Assembly: GCA_963662625.1 (NCBI GenBank) | Contig: OY759726.1 | Location: 288,001-352,000, forward strand | Length of the DNA: 64,000 nucleotides | DNA from: Nitrosopumilus sp. | GTDB taxonomy: Archaea > Thermoproteota > Nitrososphaeria > Nitrososphaerales > Nitrosopumilaceae | Direction of reading: 5' to 3' | Shown here: positions 57,232 to 64,000 of the stretch, piece after piece | How the letters are laid out: each line of letters starts with the position of its first letter | How positions within the stretch are numbered: position 1 is the first letter of the stretch | Position numbers and translations under genes: made by a program | Notes under the pieces: model-generated | What the model was told of the DNA's origin: nothing | Database searches by the model: none | The model's input: only the letters and a program-made list of their open reading frames with translations

Positions 57232-59433
57232 CTATTCCAGGTAGTCGATTATCCGCCCGCTGGGCCCCAGCCCTACCGAGTTGATCTCGTTGCCGATGTC
57301 GTCGAGGTCGTTCATCTTGATCACGTCTGCGGACACGGTATACAGGACGTCCTCGATGTAGAGCGAGCGCGGGCCCGACGGGAGGTACGAGTCGGCGGAC
57401 TCTGAGTGGTCTATCGTCCCCTTGAGGCCAAAGCCGTCCCGCGTGTCGAGGCCGTACACGTAAAACCCGTACCAGTACGCGTCACGCTGCGCCGCGCCCC
57501 CGGGATCGGCGGCGCCGGGCGCCCCGCCCTCGATCGGGATGGACAGCACGTCCCTGGCCTTGTCAAACAGGAACGCCCTGTGGTTGTACAGCGCGGCAGA
57601 GCCCGTCGAGCCGTCGCCGATGACCACCTCGTCCAGGACGGAGGGGTTCCTCACGTCCGAGACGTCAAACAGCGCGAGCTTCACCCCGAGCTGCACCACC
57701 CTGCCGGAGTCCTCCTTCGTATCCCTGCCGACGCCGATCACGTGATCCCCGTCGTACGGGTGCAGGTAGTTCGAGAACCCAGGGATCTTCAGCTCTCCCA
57801 GGACCTCCGGCTGGTCGGCCGACAGGTCGATCACGAAGAACGGGTCGATCCTCTCGAACGTCACGAGGTACAGCCTGTCCCCCATGAACCTTGCCGAAAA
57901 GATGCTCTCGTCCTCCGCCAGGTTCTCCACGCTTCCCACCACGCCCAGGCCGTCCTTGTCCATGACGTATACCGAGTTGTACTCCGTGAACCCCCCGTCC
58001 TGGGAGACGCGCTCGTTAGTGGTGGCGACCCGGAACCTGTCGCCGTACTCGTCCATCGAGAACTGGTTCAGCAGCCAGCCCGGGACCTCGCCCTTCGCCT
58101 GGTACTCGAGGTTGCCGCCGTCCAGGAGTACCTTGTGGATCACGGTCCTGTGGGCGTCCGCCACAACCTTGGCGTGGTACTCGGCGAGCGCCCCCTCGAT
58201 CCTGTCAAACAGCCGCTTCCTGTCCTCCCCGTCCATCCCGTTGTATGCGTCCTGCAGGACGTCCGATATCTGGGCCCACTTCAGGCCCCCGTCCTGCGAC
58301 GCGATGCTGTTTATGTCGTCCTGCACCTGCTGTGGCAGCAGGGGCACTACCACTCCGAAGAACCTGTCTTCTTGCACGCGGTCGTGGTAGAGCCTGGGGC
58401 TGCTCTGGTAGGCGGCGTACAGCGCGTCCCGCGAGACGTAGATCGTGCCTGACGCCCCCATGAGGTACGTCTGGGAGTTCACAAAGCTCTCGTCAAGCAC
58501 GTTGAGCGCGGTTATCGTGTTGAAGTTATAGTCCGCCGCGGGGCTGTCAAAGTAAAACACGTCCGGCCAAAACACCGCCTCGCCCGACGCGCCGTCCATG
58601 ACGCGGGGAATCGTGGGCACGAAATAATCGGCCCACACCGTGGACACAAAGTACACATAGTCCCCGATCATCCGCGCGTCGGCAAAGTACCCGTCGACAC
58701 TGTAGTCCCTGAGGATCGCGGGGGCCCCCCTGTCGGACACGTCGATCACCACCGCGTGGGTCGCGGGCGTGGTGTCCCGGACCGGCATGAAATCAAACTC
58801 CGGAATCACGTCCCTGTCGCCGTACCCTTGGTAGAACACCACCAGCCTGTCCCCGTTCAGGAACATGCTCTGCAGGTCCTGCGTGCCTATGTCGAGGGCG
58901 ACCCTCGCGACGACCTCTGCCCCGTCTGCCGGATAGGCGTCGATGATCGTGAGGCTGCGGTCCTTCACTACGTATATGTAGTCCCCGTCGGTCTTGAGAA
59001 AGTCGGGCTCGTCGACCCCGGCCACCTGTATGTTCGTCGACGAATAGTCCGTGGCGACCACGGAGTCCAGCGCGACGGACTCGGCCGTGCCGGGGGATCT
59101 GAGCATGCCTTCGGATACTTGGAACGCCGGCATCGCGATTTCGTTAGCCAGGAATCCCTGGCCGAACCCGTAGTGCCGGGGGCCGCCGTAGGCCGCGGCG
59201 CCGGCCAGAAAGTCCCTCAACTCTTCCTCGGACGAGAATTTCTTGAGCTGCTGCGTCCCCTCAAACGATGCCGGCGGCGCGATCACCGGGGGCCCAAAGC
59301 CGGAACCCGCCTGCCCGGGATCCGCCGGCCCCCCCGCGTCCTGCGGCGACGCGTCCTGCGCGAGGTAAAACCCCAAGACGCCGGCCAGGACGACCGCCGC
59401 CATGGCGGAGGGCAGCACTATGCGGGGATCCAT
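57232..59433 (-). CDS. Secreted beta-propeller domain protein
   Basis: STNIQVAGVDEPD..KTDG, LLNQFSMDEY and GELKIPGFSNYLHP motifs. Confidence 0.88.
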   Translation of the reverse strand: MDPRIVLPSAMAAVVLAGVLGFYLAQDASPQDAGGPADPGQAGSGFGPPVIAPPASFEGTQQLKKFSSEEELRDFLAGAAAYGGPRHYGFGQGFLANEIAMPAFQVSEGMLRSPGTAESVALDSVVATDYSSTNIQVAGVDEPDFLKTDGDYIYVVKDRSLTIIDAYPADGAEVVARVALDIGTQDLQSMFLNGDRLVVFYQGYGDRDVIPEFDFMPVRDTTPATHAVVIDVSDRGAPAILRDYSVDGYFADARMIGDYVYFVSTVWADYFVPTIPRVMDGASGEAVFWPDVFYFDSPAADYNFNTITALNVLDESFVNSQTYLMGASGTIYVSRDALYAAYQSSPRLYHDRVQEDRFFGVVVPLLPQQVQDDINSIASQDGGLKWAQISDVLQDAYNGMDGEDRKRLFDRIEGALAEYHAKVVADAHRTVIHKVLLDGGNLEYQAKGEVPGWLLNQFSMDEYGDRFRVATTNERVSQDGGFTEYNSVYVMDKDGLGVVGSVENLAEDESIFSARFMGDRLYLVTFERIDPFFVIDLSADQPEVLGELKIPGFSNYLHPYDGDHVIGVGRDTKEDSGRVVQLGVKLALFDVSDVRNPSVLDEVVIGDGSTGSAALYNHRAFLFDKARDVLSIPIEGGAPGAADPGGAAQRDAYWYGFYVYGLDTRDGFGLKGTIDHSESADSYLPSGPRSLYIEDVLYTVSADVIKMNDLDDIGNEINSVGLGPSGRIIDYLE

Positions 59434-59477
59434 TCAGTTTATGCCGCCGACTGCGGATTTAAAGGTGGTGCAGCTAG

Positions 59478-60490
59478 TATAGCAACGCTCAAAAGTTCTT
59501 GAGCACCAAGGACTTACTGTTGATGTACCTCATGACGTCCAGGTTGGCGTGGGACGTCCTCAGGTATTCGGACAGGGTGCGCCTCATCTCCCCGAACGTC
59601 CCGTAATACTCCGACACCAGGACGTCGCGCCTTGGCCTGCGCCAGTACTCCTCCATGGCGTTCAGCTCCGGCGTCCCGTCGGGAAGGTACGTGACCCTCA
59701 CGCCGGGGTTGCGCGAGACGTATTTTTTCACGACCCCGGCCGTGTGGGGCGACGCGCCGTCCATCATTGCGTGCACCTTCCCGAAGCGCCGGTGCAGCCC
59801 CTCGAGGTACGACAGGAACGTGTCCTTGTCGAACCTGTCGTGCGTCCTGAAGTGCCTGCGCCCGCCAGCTGCCAGCGCCCCGTACGCCACCGCCTTGCGG
59901 CGGTTGCCGTCGTGCCCCACGACGATCCGCCCGCCCCTGGGGGACCAGTACTTCCTCCCGGTTACCTGGTCGCGTATGTAAACCGCCCCGCCCGGCATTG
60001 CTGTGGCAAAACCCTGCCCTTCCAGGCGCGAGATCTTCCTCCTCGCACTCTTCTGCCACCCGCGTGTCCAGTCCAGGCCCGCCTTGCTGGCGTGGACGCG
60101 CTGCGGCGCCTTGGGGGACAGGCCGATGTTCCCCATGATCCTCCTGACCGACGTGACGTGGTACGCCGCGCCCAGCGTTCTCCGTATGTCGTCGCGGAGC
60201 CTCTCCGGGGCGGCGGTGCCGCCCGTGCCGTCCAGCATGCCTTGGCTCTCCTCAATCTTGGCCTTTGGCGGTCTACCGCTCTTGGGAAGATCCCGGAGGG
60301 AGCCGGTGCCGTCCTACCTGAAGCGTCCCACCCAAGACGACACCCAGTTGGGGCACTGCATGAGGGAGTCTGCCGTGTGTTGGATGCTTTCACTGTTCAT
60401 GCACACCATGCTCACCCCTCCAGCTGCTTGGTCGTTCTACGCCTTGCCACGCACGTACTGGCACCTCCTGCCATAAGGATCAGGCATGAT
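59478..60490 (-). pseudogene. IS630-family transposase pseudogene
   Basis: HTH part WV.RFR*..G..LRDLPKSGRPPK with an in-frame stop; MDGASPH and YLP..TPELNAMEEYW motifs; first catalytic DE reads GG. Confidence 0.82.
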
Positions 60491-60582
60491 CGCGCCTTGT
60501 TGATTAAAGCGCTGTGTTTGGGCACGCTCAGCACGGCGGCCGACGAATACGGATCAGCATGATCGCGCCTTGTTGATTAAAG
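60484..60582. repeat. 26-bp direct repeat (60484-60509 and 60557-60582)
   Basis: gcatgatcgcgccttgttgattaaag occurs twice; on the minus strand it is a TATA-like box followed by an ATG. Confidence 0.85.
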
Positions 60583-60799
60583 GGTCAGCATACGTGACCT
60601 CATACTTAACTTAGGCGGATGAGCCGTTTTTCCCAACTTCAAGAACCCCTTCATACCTGTTTCGGGCGGACTACCGATATTCGTTTGTGTCCAAACCACA
60701 TGGCATGTATGGCCGAATACCCCACAAAAAGTCAGATCGCAGTAGGTGGCACGGCATACATAGAGACGAATGAGAACCAGGGAAAGGGCGTGCTCACGG

Positions 60800-61065
60800 A
60801 GGGGGGGTGCTGTGCCTTCCCACCGCCGCGCCGAAGCCCGGAGCGGCGGGGGCCGTGCGGGAGGAGGCAAGGCACGGGCTGGTCACGTCAAGGCACGGGC
60901 TGGTCACGTCAAGGCACGGGCTGGTCACGTCAAGGCACCACGGGACGCTGGAGGGCCTGAAGCACGCGGTCTCGGGGTATTTCAGGACGTGCCCGATCAG
61001 GGTGGACACCTGCAAGTTCCTGTACCGCTCCATCTGAGGGGAAATTTTCAATGATCGTCACTATC
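60800..61065 (+). pseudogene. Second IS630 transposase C-terminal fragment
   Basis: LCLPTAAPK...LVTSRHHGTLEGLKHAVSGYFRT is homologous to the YLP..TPEL...LVSEYYGT...LSEYLRT end of the 59489 ORF. Confidence 0.7.
60868..60938 (+). repeat. 21-bp tandem repeat, 3 copies plus a partial
   Basis: Unit caaggcacgggctggtcacgt. Confidence 0.95.
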
Positions 61066-61107
61066 GGTACATGCGATTACAATAGACGTGGCGTTGATCG
61101 TAAAAAA

Positions 61108-61431
61108 CTATTTAGCGTTTTTCCTATCGACTAGAACAATAACACAGATTACCGCAACAGGTAAAATCACCATGCTAAACAAAAACGGCACATTATCCCT
61201 AATTTGTGTTGTTATTTGAGGCTCTTCCATTCCGCGTGCAGTGCCACTCCACTCTGATATGCCCTCGCCTGTCACCCCAATTGTCAGTACCGGGCGTGTC
61301 AAAACCATTAATGTTGTGTATATGGAACAATCCATGTCAAGGCTTTGGCAAAACTGAAGTAGAGGTACTAGCGAAATACAAAAAAGAGCAAAACACAAAA
61401 CGACTAAAATTGCTTTATACCTAATTTTCAT
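61108..61431 (-). CDS. Hypothetical membrane protein (AT-rich island)
   Basis: Two or three hydrophobic segments; low GC. Confidence 0.7.
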   Translation of the reverse strand: MKIRYKAILVVLCFALFCISLVPLLQFCQSLDMDCSIYTTLMVLTRPVLTIGVTGEGISEWSGTARGMEEPQITTQIRDNVPFLFSMVILPVAVICVIVLVDRKNAK

Positions 61432-61464
61432 TAATGCCTCGACAACATTAAAAAACTAAAAAGA

Positions 61465-62181
61465 TCATGGCGTTAACCTCATCGTGCTGTGAACATTATC
61501 ACCAGTCTGTGCACTTTGCGTTTTTAACAAACCACTTTGCATCTCCCGTTCAAGAGCGGTAAAATACTGTGTTGTAAACTTTGTGCCAGTGTCTAAAACA
61601 TCACTGCCCCGTTGGTGTGTCCAATAACTATCAAAGTCTCGTGTGACGGAATAAAAATGCAAATTAGACGCCTCGTGTTCTAGTCTGACATAATTACCAT
61701 ATGCCCAATCACCGTCATCTGCATATTCCCACAATCCTTGGGCACAAATCAGGTCACCGCCACAGCTAAAGTATAACCGATGAACCAAATACCAGTCATT
61801 GTTGGAAACGCTGGTGACGGGTGCGTCAACAAACTTTATTGTGCTAGTTTGTGGGTTTGCTGGTGGTGTTGATGGTGGCGTAGAGTTGTCGTCGATGGGT
61901 GTTACAGGTCCAGTTTCTCGTAAAACATCTGTCCAATAGTCAGGATCATCATGGAACTCCTCACTAAATATCATTCCGTTTTTTATTAATGTTGGCCTAA
62001 TGGCTTCTAGATGCTTTAACAAGTTTGCTTTTTCATCAGTGTTGGCAGTTTCCATCTCTTCGTATATTTTTTCTACTTGATTAATAAGTTCTTTTTGTTG
62101 TTGTGTTGCTCTGACCTCAAGAGCAGTGGCAGACTCTATTTATTCTAAAAGTTCTGCCTTGTCATTTTCTGATAATTCATA
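61465..62181 (-). pseudogene. 5'-truncated hypothetical gene in the AT-rich island (open 61465-62139; TAA at 62140-62142)
   Basis: The frame continues upstream of ATG 62055 through one TAA to the GC shift near 62181. Confidence 0.62.
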
Positions 62182-62346
62182 CTCCTTGTGCAGGTCAATC
62201 CCCACGAAGTACTCCCCGCCGTCCGTGCACTGGTTCCCCGCCCCGGAAGCCTTCCTGCGCTTCCTTGCCGGAGCAGGTAATCTGTTTGTTTGCTTCCTGG
62301 CGCGCTTATGGCAGGTACCGTCTGAAACCGGCTTCTTTCGGGGCAC
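62182..62346 (-). pseudogene. IS110-family transposase N-terminal fragment
   Basis: EYFVGIDLHKE matches the IS110 DEDD N-terminal motif; truncated directly afterwards. Confidence 0.65.
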
Positions 62347-62464
62347 ATATGGTTACTGGGGCCGCTTTCTGCTACTGGGAAGGCTGGCTAAGCTACGTTC
62401 CGGCCGGCGCACGCGGCCCGGATCTCATAATACTTTTAACGAGTCTGGCGCCAGCCAATTGCAG

Positions 62465-63811
62465 GTGGCCCGCAAGAACAGATTCCTGATAGTCGGCGGC
62501 GGCGGACGCGAAGGCGCATTCGCGGTACGGCTTGCGCAGGACGCGGAGCTGTACGCCGTCATCCCGCACGAAAACCCGCTCATCGTGGACTGCGCGGCGC
62601 GGTCCGGCGGGAAGTTCCTCGTCGGCGACCCCGGCGATCCGCAGACGGTCCTGCAGTTTGCCAGGGACGTCCGGGCAGACTATGCGTTCATAAACTCCGA
62701 CCAGCCGCTGGCAAACGGCGTGGTCGACGCGCTGCTCGGGGCGGGGTTCAGGGCAGTCGGGGGCACCAGGGACGCGGCTCGCATCGAGTGGGACAAGATA
62801 TACTCCATCGGGATGGTGCAGAAGGTGTGCCCCGAGTTCACGCCGTTTTACCGGGTGGCGTCCAGCCCCGACGAGCTGCGGAGCGCGATGTCCGAGTTCG
62901 AGTCGAGGGGAATGGGGGTGGCGGTAAAGCCGCAGGGACTGACCGGCGGCAAGGGGGTGAAGGTCATGCCGGAGCACCTGCAGTCGTACGCGGACTGCGC
63001 GGACTATGCGTCACGGCTCCTCGGGAAGGACGGCAGGGTGCTGCTGGTGGAAAAGCTCGACGGCATCGAGTTCACGATCATGGGAATGACGGACGGCAGG
63101 AGCCTCGTGGCGGCCCCCGCGACATACGACTACCCGTTCAGGCACGAGGGCGACAGGGGCGCGGGCACGGGCGGCATGGGGTGCTTTACGGGCCCGGAGG
63201 GCAGGCTGCCGTTCCTGACCGACGGGGACCTTGACGACTGCAGGGGCATCATGCAGGGGATAATCGACGAGATGGGGCGCAACGGCCTGCTCTTCAACGG
63301 CGTCCTTAACGGCGGGTTCTTCAAGACGCGCGACGGGATCAGGTTCATGGAGTTCAACAGCAGGTTCGGGGATCCGGAGGCGCTGAACGTCCTGAGCGTC
63401 CTCGAGGGATCGTTCTCGGACCTGCTGGTCAGCATGTGGGACAAGACGCTCGCGGACCGGGCCGTGTCGTTCGCGAGAAAGGCAAGCGTCGTGAAGTACT
63501 TGGTCGCGCCCGAGTACCCCGAGCAGAGCAGCGAGTCCACGCGGTTCACGGTGGACGAGGGCGCGATGGGGGCGCTGGGCGTCAGGACGTTCTTTGCGTC
63601 ATGCGTCAGGACGGGGGATCGCCGGTACGAGACGCTGAAAAAGTCCAGGCCGGTGGCGTTTGCGGCCCTCTCCGACGGCGTCGCCGAGGCGTCGTCGCTG
63701 GTGGACAGGGCGATCGGCCTGCACGTCGGCGGGGGCCTCGAGTACAGGCGCGACATAGGGTCGCGCGAAAACCTCGGGAAGCTGGAGCGGGTCAACGCCG
63801 GCCTCGGATGA
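62465..63811 (+). CDS. purD: Phosphoribosylamine-glycine ligase
   Basis: LIVGGGGRE, VKPQGLTGGKGV, GTGGMG and EFNSRFGDPE motifs. Confidence 0.93.
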   Translation: MARKNRFLIVGGGGREGAFAVRLAQDAELYAVIPHENPLIVDCAARSGGKFLVGDPGDPQTVLQFARDVRADYAFINSDQPLANGVVDALLGAGFRAVGGTRDAARIEWDKIYSIGMVQKVCPEFTPFYRVASSPDELRSAMSEFESRGMGVAVKPQGLTGGKGVKVMPEHLQSYADCADYASRLLGKDGRVLLVEKLDGIEFTIMGMTDGRSLVAAPATYDYPFRHEGDRGAGTGGMGCFTGPEGRLPFLTDGDLDDCRGIMQGIIDEMGRNGLLFNGVLNGGFFKTRDGIRFMEFNSRFGDPEALNVLSVLEGSFSDLLVSMWDKTLADRAVSFARKASVVKYLVAPEYPEQSSESTRFTVDEGAMGALGVRTFFASCVRTGDRRYETLKKSRPVAFAALSDGVAEASSLVDRAIGLHVGGGLEYRRDIGSRENLGKLERVNAGLG

Positions 63812-63861
63812 GGCCGCCGGTTACATAGTTTTATATTATGTTCCAAGGGAGTCCCGTTACC

Positions 63862-64000
63862 ATGGAATACGTTTACGCCGCATTGCTCCTTCACAAGCTG
63901 CAGAAGGAGGTCAGCGAGGACAACGTAAAGGCCGTCGTCTCGGCATCCGGCGCGGAGGTCAACGAGGCGCAGGTAAAGGCCCTGGTCGCGGCGCTTGCCG
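63862..64000 (+). CDS. rpl12: 50S ribosomal protein P1/L12 (partial, runs off the window)
   Basis: [13 protein letters not shown]...VKALVAAL. Confidence 0.92.
   Translation, partial: MEYVYAALLLHKLQKEVSEDNVKAVVSASGAEVNEAQVKALVAALA

Noticed and set aside
60477-60582. Possible mini-CRISPR (two repeats of about 26-32 bp around a 41-47 bp spacer)
   Set aside because: Only two units, no cas genes, and the repeat looks like the duplicated promoter/start region of the IS630 relic.

Overview
Chromosomal segment from an ammonia-oxidising archaeon of the Nitrosopumilaceae (Thaumarchaeota/Nitrososphaerota). The call rests on an AOA-type nirK, a divergent FtsZ-like protein, CFI-box and cupredoxin proteins, archaeal ribosomal and transcription genes, and intron-containing tRNAs. 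GC content is unusually high for this family, with many IS elements and pseudogenes, which fits a host-associated lineage such as a sponge symbiont (inference). The core has about 60 housekeeping genes, including nurA-herA-mre11-rad50, nadX/nadA/nadC, rpo7/spt4, tfb, scpAB, hppA, ppk2, purD and ribosomal proteins. RNA genes are tRNA-Tyr (one intron), tRNA-Gln (two introns) and a candidate C/D-box sRNA. Mobile DNA comprises three near-identical ISH3-type elements (one nested in an older relative), IS66, IS630, IS110 and integrase relics, and a 1.1-kb AT-rich island. The most notable observations are (1) a half-size deoxyhypusine hydroxylase (DOHH)-like HEAT protein, a candidate for the unidentified archaeal aIF5A hydroxylase; (2) a directional A:T to G:C decay of unselected DNA that has hit the catalytic Asp of two unrelated transposases; (3) a DUF285/BspA surface protein with a mosaic, hypervariable repeat array plus an orphan copy of its C-terminal module; and (4) an IS110 N-terminus fused in frame to an AT-rich foreign gene. 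All calls are from motif recognition by eye; no database searches were run.
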